IMG/VR virus record: IMGVR_UViG_3300014501_000005
Location: 1-62,152 of that record
Reading direction: 5' to 3' (one strand)
From: a virus
Taxonomy: Duplodnaviria > Caudoviricetes
Length of the DNA stretch: 62,152 nucleotides
In this document: in pieces, positions 49,218 through 58,468 of the stretch
Layout: every line of letters starts with the position of its first letter
Position numbering within the stretch: position 1 is the stretch's first letter
Notes under the pieces: generated by a model
Told to the model about the DNA's origin: nothing
Databases searched by the model: none
What the model saw: the letters and a program-made list of their open reading frames with translations, nothing else
Program-made: the position numbers and the translations under genes

Positions 49218-49908
49218 GTGTATCCACAGTGTATTCATTCCAGAGCGGTTTGGCGATGTTAACTATAGCGATGGATGTTCAATCTGCCAAACCCTATTCC
49301 CCAAACTGGATTATCATTATGGTTTGGTAATCGATGTTACAGCCTCCCCGCGAACAATGATGGGAGCATATGAACTTTGGAAATCCAATAAGTCAACTTT
49401 CACATATGAGAAGCTATTCTTTGTTGTTAGAAGGTTTGTGCGGTTGATAGCTCGATCCAGATTGGGTTTGATTGGCGGTATTCCCAGTTGGGATGATCTT
49501 GTTGAAGATATAGCTTCTGATTGTCTTATCAAGATTAACAGCTATGATATCAATAAAAGCGCCTTTTCAACTTGGCTTAAAGAATGCACTAATCATGCGA
49601 TAACGAACTGGTTGGACCGTGAGGTAGGCTGGGATGAAGATTCTATTGATGATCCTGAACATCCAGTTGATGTGATTGATCGTCGATCCGGATTAGATGA
49701 GAAGATATTTTCAAGAGAAGTTCGCTCAAAGCTCGATGAAAATGAACTTAAACTCTTTGAAATGATGGCCGAGGATCGTAGTTGGCGTGAGATTGGGGAT
49801 GTACTTGAAGTAAGCCATGTGACGGCGTATAGACTTGGAATGGCGCTTAAAGCGAAGATATATGAAATGGGAGAGACCACTGGCCGATCCCTTAACCATC
49901 CCACTTAA
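49210..49908 (+). CDS. Phage ECF-type sigma70 factor
   Basis: Region 2 DDLVEDI...I.SYD...F.TWL...N; region 4 L.E.E..LF.M....SWREIG.VL.VS..T.YR. Confidence 0.85.
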   Translation: MNKCIHSVFIPERFGDVNYSDGCSICQTLFPKLDYHYGLVIDVTASPRTMMGAYELWKSNKSTFTYEKLFFVVRRFVRLIARSRLGLIGGIPSWDDLVEDIASDCLIKINSYDINKSAFSTWLKECTNHAITNWLDREVGWDEDSIDDPEHPVDVIDRRSGLDEKIFSREVRSKLDENELKLFEMMAEDRSWREIGDVLEVSHVTAYRLGMALKAKIYEMGETTGRSLNHPT

Positions 49909-49930
49909 CCGTCCCTTTGGGGGACAAGTA

Positions 49931-49965
49931 TAAGGGATATACACGGTAGAACGGGTTTTGTTACA
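49931..49965 (-). promoter_or_regulatory. Putative phage-sigma promoter, copy 2 (antisense to the sigma gene)
   Basis: TGTAACAAAAC-N10-GTGTATATCCCTTA on the minus strand. Confidence 0.7.
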
Positions 49966-50048
49966 AAATAAATCTCCTTTAGATTGAACCACTTAGCAAA
50001 AGTGAAGGTCTGTTTTTGTATGTGGTTACAAACAAACGAGATAAAAAA

Positions 50049-50083
50049 TGTAACAAAACATCATTTCCTGTGTATATCTCTTA
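50049..50083 (+). promoter_or_regulatory. Putative phage-sigma promoter, copy 3 (replication operon)
   Basis: TGTAACAAAAC-N10-GTGTATATCTCTTA. Confidence 0.75.
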
Positions 50084-50084
50084 T

Positions 50085-50206
50085 GGGAAGGCGGAGAGCA
50101 ACGAGCGAGTTAGATTGAATGTAGCTCATAGAAGCGACCGGGCAGACCATCTATTAGGATGCCGCCCCCGGCAATCTCGTTTAGTATGGCGATGATCCGC
50201 CTTCCC
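50085..50206 (+). ncRNA. Candidate structured RNA/leader
   Basis: 11-bp closing stem GGGAAGGCGGA/TCCGCCTTCCC with internal stems; starts right after promoter copy 3. Confidence 0.5.
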
Positions 50207-50393
50207 AATAAGATAGGAGACTGCCATCCGCGCATATATTCCCGGCACTATGAGTACAAAGTACTTAGAGGCTCTGAGACAGCACCAATCCACATTCTTG
50301 GACTCTATTACTGAAGCTCCAGAGGAAACAGCCTATAGAAAGCTGTGTTTTCAGAAATGGCTAGCTAGCACGTTTAAGAGAGAGGGGGAATAG

Positions 50394-51218
50394 ATGGCGC
50401 TTGTTGTTCAAAACTCTACAGTTCTTGTTGATCCAGCGAACCTAAAGCTTAAGATACTGTTGGTTGCAATGCCGGGGTTTGGCAAGACTTCCTTCATTGC
50501 TGATGCGCCTAACGTTGGACTTGGCGTTAGCGAGACTGGTCATGGGAAGGGACTGTTGGCTGTAGCTTCAAAGGGGATAGAGTTCTGTGAGATTAACAGC
50601 TTTGATGATTTTGCCGCATTTTGTAGCGGCGCTGTATTCAAAGATAAGGATACCCTTGGCTGTGATTCTCTTAGTGATATGGCTAAGAGCTTTATCAAAG
50701 ACAAGGCGTTGAGTATACCGAGAAGTAAGGGAGAGTCTCTCAAGAGAAACTTAGGCGTACCGGAGATGGACGATTATGGCGTCATGGCGGAACTTACTCG
50801 CAAGTATGCGAAGAAGCTTATTGACCAGCCTAAGCATGTGGTTGTCTCGGCTGGACTTAGGATTGATAAGCCTGACCCAGAGAATCTTCAAGCGGACACG
50901 TTGGTGGGACCCGACTTCCCAGGGCAGATGTTCTTGGGCAGTACGGCCATGTTTGATATTGTTTTGGTTGGTAGAACGCGCGGTATGTTACGTGACCCGA
51001 AAAACGCTTCAACCCGATATACCCAACGCTATTGGATGACGGAGGGAAGTGGTGGTTATCTTGCTAAAAATCGCCTCAGTGTTGATGCGAAGTTGGGTAG
51101 TTTTTTGCCTGCTGAACTTGTCTTTGATTTCGGGACAAACAGTGGGACGTTTGGTGATATTCTTAATCGCGCACAAGAAGCATATACGAAGTTTTTGGCA
51201 GCCAAGGTAGCTGTCTAA
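50394..51218 (+). CDS. AAA_24 ATPase (Sak4-like recombinase)
   Basis: MPGFGKT Walker A, DSLSD, DYG, FDIV, AKNR. Confidence 0.8.
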   Translation: MALVVQNSTVLVDPANLKLKILLVAMPGFGKTSFIADAPNVGLGVSETGHGKGLLAVASKGIEFCEINSFDDFAAFCSGAVFKDKDTLGCDSLSDMAKSFIKDKALSIPRSKGESLKRNLGVPEMDDYGVMAELTRKYAKKLIDQPKHVVVSAGLRIDKPDPENLQADTLVGPDFPGQMFLGSTAMFDIVLVGRTRGMLRDPKNASTRYTQRYWMTEGSGGYLAKNRLSVDAKLGSFLPAELVFDFGTNSGTFGDILNRAQEAYTKFLAAKVAV

Positions 51219-51364
51219 CAAGTTTGGGGAACGAAGCCGTGTAGTTAAATGCTAGCTCTGTCTTGACCCTGACAACTAGCTAGGTGGAGCTTCTGGATAG
51301 AAGCTACGGGCAGTTCCCCAAAGTAGTACCAGCGGGTCCAAACTAAAACGGAGGAATAACTGAA

Positions 51365-51829
51365 ATGGGTTTTAACGAGGTAATTTTAGCTGATATCCAA
51401 CTAGAAGAGAAGGGCGTATATGCCCCTATTCCAACTGGCACATACACGTTTCAACTCGATCCGGGCGCGAAGATTAGGACCAATGAGAAGTCCGGTATTG
51501 AGTCTTTGAACCTGAGTTTCACGATTGCGGAGGGGGAATTTGCGGGCCGTAAGGAGTGGGTTAGCTTCCCTGATCCGGCAACTATCACGCAAAAGGAAGG
51601 TAAGAATCAAGGTAAGCCCATGACTTGGAGTAAGCAGGCTCAGAAGAAGCTCTCAGTGAGCCTAGGTCATGATGCGAATCCCGGTGAGACATCTGTTGAT
51701 TACTTTAATCGTGTTGCGCTGACTGGCAATGCGCGGGTAACCGGCGTGATTCAAGCTGATCCTTATGTCAAGGACGGTCAGCAACCTGGAACTCGTTTGT
51801 CGCTGTTCGACTTCGGACCGGCGGCTTAA
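51365..51829 (+). CDS. ssDNA-binding protein (DUF669-like)
   Basis: PIPTGTY, L.L.F.I.EGE..GRK; follows the Sak4-like gene. Confidence 0.7.
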   Translation: MGFNEVILADIQLEEKGVYAPIPTGTYTFQLDPGAKIRTNEKSGIESLNLSFTIAEGEFAGRKEWVSFPDPATITQKEGKNQGKPMTWSKQAQKKLSVSLGHDANPGETSVDYFNRVALTGNARVTGVIQADPYVKDGQQPGTRLSLFDFGPAA

Positions 51830-51954
51830 TGAGTCCACTGAAGAAAGGATCGTCTAAGAAGACGATCAGCAAGAATATAGCTACGGAGATGCATGCTGGC
51901 AAACCTCAGAAACAAGCAATTGCCATCGCTTATTCGGTAGCTAAAAAGAAGTAG
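51829..51954 (+). CDS. 41-aa basic protein
   Basis: [41 protein letters not shown], a common phage small-protein pattern; TAATG-coupled. Confidence 0.7.
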   Translation: MSPLKKGSSKKTISKNIATEMHAGKPQKQAIAIAYSVAKKK

Positions 51955-52383
51955 CTTATAAGGATGGGGGAGTGGGCCGGGCTTGTCTCGCACTCCCCTA
52001 TAATTTCGTCTGGAGGATTATGTTAAAATATAAAATATTGATTCCAACATTGCGGCCTAAAGAGGCACCGCCGCTTACAAAACAACAAGTTCGGGCAATA
52101 TTGAAAAGCGTATTGAGGGAGAGTTATGAGCGTTAAGTTAACTTGTCCGAAGCATCCACGATACAACGCAAAGATCAGCCCCAGAGCTAATTGCGATGAG
52201 TGTTTAGCTATCTATACCATGGCCCTCAACGCAGCGGCTTTGAGGATTAAGGTGAGCTGATGTTTGATAGATTGCTATTTAGCATCTACGAGTATGTTGT
52301 CTGGAAAAAGCGGATGCTGGATTTTTGGTTCGATAACTCGATCCGATCAAGATACTATAGACAATACTATAAGGTGATGAAAA

Positions 52384-52596
52384 ATGTTTGACTATCACAG
52401 TTGTGGAAAGCACCTTGGCGTTGTTTGGTATGAGAATGTGATGTGTCCTGATTGCCTGTTAGAGCACGCACAGAACCTTGTCATAGCGTACCAAGAGGGG
52501 CTAAAAGATGGCCATTGGGAAGAGATACAGTTTCAGCAACGGAAGCTAAACCCCGGCAAGCCCTTGACTGAACATCAAATAAATTCTTTAGAATGA
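52384..52596 (+). CDS. Hypothetical protein
   Basis: CGKH...CPDC. Confidence 0.45.
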   Translation: MFDYHSCGKHLGVVWYENVMCPDCLLEHAQNLVIAYQEGLKDGHWEEIQFQQRKLNPGKPLTEHQINSLE

Positions 52597-53090
52597 AGAA
52601 CCTAATAGGACGGGTTTTTACTAGACTTACGGTAGTGGCACGGACTGAAACCAATAAACACGGTCAGTCTATGTGGCTGTGTTCCTGCACATGCGGCAAT
52701 ACCAAAATCATTAGCGGCGGAAACTTAAGTAGTAGGCATACAAGAAGTTGCGGTTGCCTTTTATTAGAGAATAAAGGTAGCAAGCCAAAACACGGACACT
52801 CATCGAAAACGTATATTTCTCCTACTTACTATTCATGGACGAGTATGTTGAATCGTTGTACAAATCCAAATGGGGTAGATTGGGAGCACTATGGAGGAGC
52901 CAATCCTCCCGTTTTGGTATATGAACCATGGTATGATTTCATAAACTTTTTAGCTGCCATGGGTGAACGTCCGCCAAAGACGACAATCGGTAGATTTGCA
53001 GATACAGGGAATTACGAGCCAGGAAACGTTGCGTGGCAGACATGGAAAGAACAACGAGAAGCCCAGAAACTAAAGCGACTAGCGAAATGA
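52593..53090 (+). CDS. HNH homing endonuclease (possibly degenerate)
   Basis: F.RLTV..WLC.C.CG...SCGC, W..M..RC.NP..YGG, F..F...MG.RP, TIGR (usually TIDR), GNYEPGN..W.T. Confidence 0.8.
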   Translation: MKNLIGRVFTRLTVVARTETNKHGQSMWLCSCTCGNTKIISGGNLSSRHTRSCGCLLLENKGSKPKHGHSSKTYISPTYYSWTSMLNRCTNPNGVDWEHYGGANPPVLVYEPWYDFINFLAAMGERPPKTTIGRFADTGNYEPGNVAWQTWKEQREAQKLKRLAK

Positions 53091-53257
53091 AACAGACTCT
53101 CTACGATCCACCGTCTGGTTGGCAATATGGATTCCCAAAGCCCTATGAACCATTAGATGGCGAGTCCATCCAAGACACTTTGATTCGGGATGGATATCCT
53201 GAAACGCTAGCTAAAGAATTAAGCAAGTGGACACGATTTATCGGTCCAGCCATCTAG
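53087..53257 (+). CDS. Small hypothetical protein
   Basis: MKQTLYDPPSGWQYGFPK; ATGA overlap. Confidence 0.55.
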   Translation: MKQTLYDPPSGWQYGFPKPYEPLDGESIQDTLIRDGYPETLAKELSKWTRFIGPAI

Positions 53258-53266
53258 GAGACTCCC

Positions 53267-55690
53267 CTGAAAGTCATCGAATGCGATGCTTGTTCTGGAT
53301 GCCGGATGCGGGAGCTTTATCCGGATAACACTTTTATTCCACCTGCAAAGGGTCCCTCATTACGTTTGATTGTCGGGGAGGCCCCAGGTGAAGATGAAGC
53401 TCGCGAAGGTAAACCCTTCGTCGGTTCAAGTGGGAGGGTTCTTGATTCACTATTCCGGAAAGCGGGAGTTCAACGTGACCAACTTACTGTTACAAACACT
53501 CTTAGCTGCCGTCCTCCTAACAATATATACCCGACAGATGAAAAGGCCCGTGCGTATTGTACTGCCAGTGAAGGACAAGCTATACAGAAGCACTGCTATA
53601 AGAATCATGTTCTACCGCTCCTTGCTTCCAGACCTTGGGAACGAATTGATGCGATAGGAGCGCATGCTCTTGAGGTATTGACGGACAAATCGGGGATTAT
53701 GAAGTGGCGCGGATGCCCCTTACCATTGAAAGATGAAGATCGTCCACGTGTAATGCCAACACTCCATCCGTCATACCTCATGCGCGACCAAAGCATGATC
53801 CCGGCAGTCATCAGTGACTTGCAAAAGGGCATCCAAGTTCCACCTCAGCATTATAATCTTCAACCAACTCTTGAGGAGCTAGAAGCTTTTGATCCAACGT
53901 TCTTGTGCATGGATATCGAAACGAATCGATTTACCAACCAGATTACTATGGTCGGTATTGCTAATCGGCCCTACCACGTCTTGGTGGTCCCATTTCGTGG
54001 TGCTTATATCGGGCAACTCAAGCGGATATTTAGTGGTGCCAAAGAAATCGTTGGTCAAAATCTCATTCAGTTTGATCTCAGAGTTCTCGAAGAAAACTCG
54101 ATCATCATAAATAAGGATGTACAGATATGGGATATAATGCTTATCCACCATTTACTGCATCCAGACGAGGCCCATGACCTTGAATACATTGCTTCAATCT
54201 ATACGCAGATGGTTGCTTGGAAGCATCTTAAACATCAGGATATGGCATGGTACAATGCCTGCGATGTGGACGCCACCATTCAAATCTTCCGAGCGATGCT
54301 ACCTGTCCTTCGGCAACAAAAGCTTTTGGATTTGTATAAGCTCGTACAGGTCCCTTTAGCGAAAATATGCGCTCTTATGGCCGACACGGGCCTGAAGGTT
54401 GATCCCAACCGCATCCACCTCGCACGTAAACAGTTCGAGGGAGAGTTAACAGAGTTAGAGGCAACACTTCCGAAGGAGTTGAGACCGTATGATAAAGTTA
54501 TCCGTGTCCGAGAGAAGGCACCTGAAGGCACTTTGGGAAAAGCTGGAAAGCCAATCAAGTTCATTCATGTACCCGGCATCGAACGAGTCGTTCCTTGGGA
54601 TTCCCCTAAGCAAGTTGAACGATACCTTTACGAGACTCTTGGGCTCACAAAACAGCTTCATGCCAAAACGAAGAAAATCACGAGCGACAAAACCGCGTTA
54701 GAGAAACTTTATCGTCAAACAAAGAATCCAGCTATCGACGCTATTAGGAGGGTCAGACAACTTGGAGAACTTATTGGAACTTTTCTCAAGGATGAAACTG
54801 AAGACAAACAGGTTGCTGTGGGACGAATACATTCTAACTTCTTGGTACATGGCACGAACACCGGAAGACTGTCTAGCAGTGGCCCCAATCTACAAAACAT
54901 CCCTCCGAAAGCACGTTATATATACGTCCCATCCCATTCTGACTGGTGTTTTGTGGAAGCTGATTTTAGTTCTTTGGAAAATCGCCTTGCTATGTGGTAT
55001 GCAAATGACACTGAAAGAATGGAGCGACTCTCCGATCCCAACTTCGACGAGCACAGATGGTTTACTGCTCAAGTTTACAACATCCCGGAATCAGAAGTAA
55101 CAAGCGAACTCCGAAAGAAAGGCAAGATCGCAAACCATGGATGCGATGGAGGGTTAGGTCCACGTAAGCTAGCAACCACCCATTCCATCCCAGAAAAGGA
55201 AGCCCGTGAACTTATCCTCAAGTGGAGGCAGATCAATCACAAAAGCGCGAAGTGGCAAGAGGAAATTGGCAATCAAGCGCAGAACAAAGGCATTCTTACC
55301 AACGCCTTTGGCCGTAAACGTTGGTTCTGGTCGCACTCAGCGTATACTGAAGGCATTAGGTTCCTTCCTCAATCAACTGGAGCAGACATATGTTTCCGGG
55401 CAATGGTAGGTTTGTTTTATGAACGGATAGGTTGGCCGCTTGAATTAGCATTACAAGCATCACCAATATGTAAACCAATCCCGCGACCGGCTAGATTAGT
55501 ATTGCAAGTGCATGATAGCATTCTTATTGAATGTCCTCAAGCACAAGTCCCCGAAGTGGCAACCTGCCTTAAAACTGTAATGGAACAACCATGGGCCGAG
55601 TTAGCTGGGTTCTCAATTCCTGCTGAGGTTAAAGTAGGCGAACCATCCGCGAGCTGGGCCGAACTTCAATCCTACAAAGAGGGAAAATGA
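53267..55690 (+). CDS. Uracil-DNA glycosylase (family 4)-DNA polymerase A fusion; likely CTG start
   Basis: UDG: CxxC, VGEAPG..E, PFVG.SG, CRPP.N, HPS. Exo: DIET, N..FD, YN..D. Pol: TGRLSS..PNLQNIP, ADFS.LE.R, QVHDS. Confidence 0.9.
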   Translation: MKVIECDACSGCRMRELYPDNTFIPPAKGPSLRLIVGEAPGEDEAREGKPFVGSSGRVLDSLFRKAGVQRDQLTVTNTLSCRPPNNIYPTDEKARAYCTASEGQAIQKHCYKNHVLPLLASRPWERIDAIGAHALEVLTDKSGIMKWRGCPLPLKDEDRPRVMPTLHPSYLMRDQSMIPAVISDLQKGIQVPPQHYNLQPTLEELEAFDPTFLCMDIETNRFTNQITMVGIANRPYHVLVVPFRGAYIGQLKRIFSGAKEIVGQNLIQFDLRVLEENSIIINKDVQIWDIMLIHHLLHPDEAHDLEYIASIYTQMVAWKHLKHQDMAWYNACDVDATIQIFRAMLPVLRQQKLLDLYKLVQVPLAKICALMADTGLKVDPNRIHLARKQFEGELTELEATLPKELRPYDKVIRVREKAPEGTLGKAGKPIKFIHVPGIERVVPWDSPKQVERYLYETLGLTKQLHAKTKKITSDKTALEKLYRQTKNPAIDAIRRVRQLGELIGTFLKDETEDKQVAVGRIHSNFLVHGTNTGRLSSSGPNLQNIPPKARYIYVPSHSDWCFVEADFSSLENRLAMWYANDTERMERLSDPNFDEHRWFTAQVYNIPESEVTSELRKKGKIANHGCDGGLGPRKLATTHSIPEKEARELILKWRQINHKSAKWQEEIGNQAQNKGILTNAFGRKRWFWSHSAYTEGIRFLPQSTGADICFRAMVGLFYERIGWPLELALQASPICKPIPRPARLVLQVHDSILIECPQAQVPEVATCLKTVMEQPWAELAGFSIPAEVKVGEPSASWAELQSYKEGK

Positions 55691-56004
55691 AACTTCACGA
55701 TATAATATGCATCAAAACCACCGGCGAAAAGGTCTTCCTTCTCGCTGAGACTGAACGCAAGACTTGGAAGGTTCGTCGGCCAGTCATTGCTGAGAACGGT
55801 TCTATCGGCCATGAGGTTGAAGAGTTCTTTGAGGCTGAGCTGGAATCAGTCGAAGACTTCACAAAGCGATTGGTATCTGAAATGATCCTCAAAGCTAATT
55901 CTCAACGTAAGTTACTCTCAGTTGAGCGAGCGATTGTCGAGGAAGTCGAGAACGAAGCCGCAATTGCGGATGACCAAGCGGATGGAATTAAGTCGGTCAA
56001 CTAA
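55687..56004 (+). CDS. Hypothetical protein
   Basis: 105 aa, ATGA overlap. Confidence 0.6.
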   Translation: MKLHDIICIKTTGEKVFLLAETERKTWKVRRPVIAENGSIGHEVEEFFEAELESVEDFTKRLVSEMILKANSQRKLLSVERAIVEEVENEAAIADDQADGIKSVN

Positions 56005-56016
56005 AAAGGAGCAAGT

Positions 56017-56760
56017 GTGGCTAGCACGCTCGAACATTTGCTTGCTTCCCCAATTCCGCCTACCAAGTATCATGCTTATCCAGTGATTCCAGTTAAAGGA
56101 ATAGTTATCATTGGAGCACAATCCAAATCCTATAAGTCGTTTCTTGCTATGAACATAGCATACGATCTTGCGGATGGTAAGTCAGTACTTGGTGCGTGGG
56201 CAGTAGAGAAGCCAAAATCAGTTCTGATGATCGAACAAGAGCTAGGGGAATATAGGCTTCGGGATCGGCTGGCGGGGATTCATGGATATAGAGCAAGCGC
56301 AATAGCGGCCATGAACTTCTTCTATGCAAGCAAAGACCTTATTTGTAAGTTTGATAACCCTCCCGGTCTTCAACGCATAGAAGAACATATCCAAAGTTGT
56401 AAGCCTGATGTTGTGATTTACGATCCGCTGGTTTGGTTCCACAGCAAAGACGAGAACGATAACTCACAGATGCAACGGGTTATGGAGAAGATCATTGGAC
56501 TACAAGAACAATACGGACATTCAAGTATCATCGTGCATCATATGTCAAAGCCAGGAGAAACTAGAGCCGGTGATGATGCCAATTCTTTGCGAGGAGCATC
56601 GTCCGTATTTGGAGCTGTTGATTCAGTCATTACGATACAGAAACCCGTTCCAGCCGACGAAACAATCATAAGGCTTAAGTTTGTTCTTCGTAACACAGAA
56701 AATCCTCCGCCTATGACGCTTCAGCTAGACAGTAAAACCCTGACCTTTAATCGGAGATAA
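56017..56760 (+). CDS. AAA_25/RepA-like SF4 helicase (no primase domain)
   Basis: GAQSKSYKS Walker A, VL.IEQE, VIYDP, DEND, VHH..K, RGAS. Confidence 0.8.
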   Translation: MASTLEHLLASPIPPTKYHAYPVIPVKGIVIIGAQSKSYKSFLAMNIAYDLADGKSVLGAWAVEKPKSVLMIEQELGEYRLRDRLAGIHGYRASAIAAMNFFYASKDLICKFDNPPGLQRIEEHIQSCKPDVVIYDPLVWFHSKDENDNSQMQRVMEKIIGLQEQYGHSSIIVHHMSKPGETRAGDDANSLRGASSVFGAVDSVITIQKPVPADETIIRLKFVLRNTENPPPMTLQLDSKTLTFNRR

Positions 56761-56762
56761 AA

Positions 56763-57536
56763 TTGGCAATTAAACAGGCAGTGGCAGTATATGACACGCA
56801 CTATCCAGAATGGCACAAACCCACATGGGGGGTGATCTTTGACTATTTGCGAAAGAATAAGCCGGATATTTTCATCTTTGGGGGCGATCAGTTTCATTTC
56901 GACTGCATCTCCCACCACACTCGCGATTTACCGTTGTATCGAGTGCGGCGCGGATACCGAAACGATATTGAGGGATTTCGACGGGACATCCTCGATCCCC
57001 TTGAAAGACTGCTGCCTAAAGGTTGTACAAAAATCTGGATTATTGGCAACCATGAACGGTTTGAGCGTGATCTCATCGAGCGAAACCCTGAACTCGAAGG
57101 AGCCATTGACCACGTTGAGCTTCTCGCGTTGGCAGATCGGGGATGGACAATTATTCCATTGGGTCACTGTTATAAACTCGGCAAACTCAACATCATCCAC
57201 GGAGAAACTCTCTCTGGAATTGGAAATCAGGCTGGCATGTACCCATCCAGAAAGGCCGTGGAATTATATGCAGGCAATGTTCTTGCAGGACATACTCACG
57301 CCCCTCAAACGTTTACCAAGGTCAGCCCAGTTGAACATACAAATAAATGGCAGGGCCATATCGCTCCAATTGCTGGAAGCGTCAATCCAAGTTATCTTAG
57401 GAACAGAGCAACAGCGTGGTTAAATGGTATGGTGTTGATCGATGTATTTCCGAATGGACAATTCAATCTCTATCCGGTAATTGTGATTAACGGAACCGCA
57501 TCGTATGGAGGCAAGCAGTATGGCAAAAAGATATAG
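56763..57536 (+). CDS. Calcineurin-like metallophosphoesterase
   Basis: DTHYP, GGD..D, GNHE, HG, GHTH. Confidence 0.85.
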   Translation: MAIKQAVAVYDTHYPEWHKPTWGVIFDYLRKNKPDIFIFGGDQFHFDCISHHTRDLPLYRVRRGYRNDIEGFRRDILDPLERLLPKGCTKIWIIGNHERFERDLIERNPELEGAIDHVELLALADRGWTIIPLGHCYKLGKLNIIHGETLSGIGNQAGMYPSRKAVELYAGNVLAGHTHAPQTFTKVSPVEHTNKWQGHIAPIAGSVNPSYLRNRATAWLNGMVLIDVFPNGQFNLYPVIVINGTASYGGKQYGKKI

Positions 57537-58101
57537 CGTTGGGATTGATGTGGACGGCGTTTTGGCCGCATTCACCCACGCCGCTCGGCAGACCATGAAG
57601 AAACTCTTCGCCGGTCGCCCGGATGATTTACTTGTTCAGACTACATGGGCGTTTGAATCGCTTGGCATCACCGCTGAGGAAGAGCGTATATTCTGGCGTC
57701 ATGTGGATAACGAACCGAATTGGTGGTTGACGTTGAAAGCGTTGCCATTCACTTTTACACTTCCCGAGCTAGTTGCCAACCATCGATGTGTGTTCATTAC
57801 TAATCGCAAGGATGGAGCTGGCTTACCAATCGAGCAACAGACATCCAGTTGGCTCCGGGCGCACTTCGGGCTTCGGGAACCGACGGTTGTAATTAGCAAC
57901 AACAAGGGACCTGTTGCAGTTGGATTGAAGCTAGATTACTTCATTGATGATCGCCCAAAGAATGTGTCGGAAGTTATAAACTGTTCAAGTACCCGCGTTT
58001 TTCTCTGTGACGCCACCTATAATGCGTCCTATGACGACGCTCAACGAGTAGCTAACTTCGACCAATTCGCAAAGATCATTATAAGGAGAGCTAATGGCTG
58101 A
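57520..58101 (+). CDS. HAD-family 5'(3')-deoxyribonucleotidase (NT5C-like)
   Basis: IDVDGVLA, FITNR, T..WL, K, FIDD.P.N. Confidence 0.85.
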   Translation: MAKRYSVGIDVDGVLAAFTHAARQTMKKLFAGRPDDLLVQTTWAFESLGITAEEERIFWRHVDNEPNWWLTLKALPFTFTLPELVANHRCVFITNRKDGAGLPIEQQTSSWLRAHFGLREPTVVISNNKGPVAVGLKLDYFIDDRPKNVSEVINCSSTRVFLCDATYNASYDDAQRVANFDQFAKIIIRRANG

Positions 58102-58468
58102 GGAAATTGATCCGGGACACTTGTATGCACTCCAAGTCCTTGATAGCCAAGAAGATAGGACCGTACTCCGGTTCGTCAAACGTGAAGGCCCAAACTATCC
58201 TAGAAACGTTGGACACTATCCAGGAACTACAATGCAAGAAGTCTTGCGTGCGGTAGTTCAACGGGCCGATTATGTTGACAAGCAAATCTTCGACTACGAC
58301 ACACAAATAGCTCGGGACCTTTGCAAACAAGCTATATTTCATTTAGAAGCAAGAGCAGCTCGAAGGCATGGACGACCTGTAGACTTTGGAATTGAAGAAG
58401 CGGTAACTGGAATTACCTGCCCTACTTGCGGGCACATACATTGTGGAGGACATGATGCTGCCAAGTGA
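58094..58468 (+). CDS. Acb2/Tad1-like helical protein (putative nucleotide-signal sponge)
   Basis: L.FVK, GTT.QEVL....R..Y, A.....AI..LE.R..RR.GR pattern. Confidence 0.55.
   Translation: MAEEIDPGHLYALQVLDSQEDRTVLRFVKREGPNYPRNVGHYPGTTMQEVLRAVVQRADYVDKQIFDYDTQIARDLCKQAIFHLEARAARRHGRPVDFGIEEAVTGITCPTCGHIHCGGHDAAK

Noticed and set aside
51264-51287. GACCC-N12-AGGTGG as another motif copy
   Set aside because: Spacer is far outside the 5-6 nt seen in all other copies.
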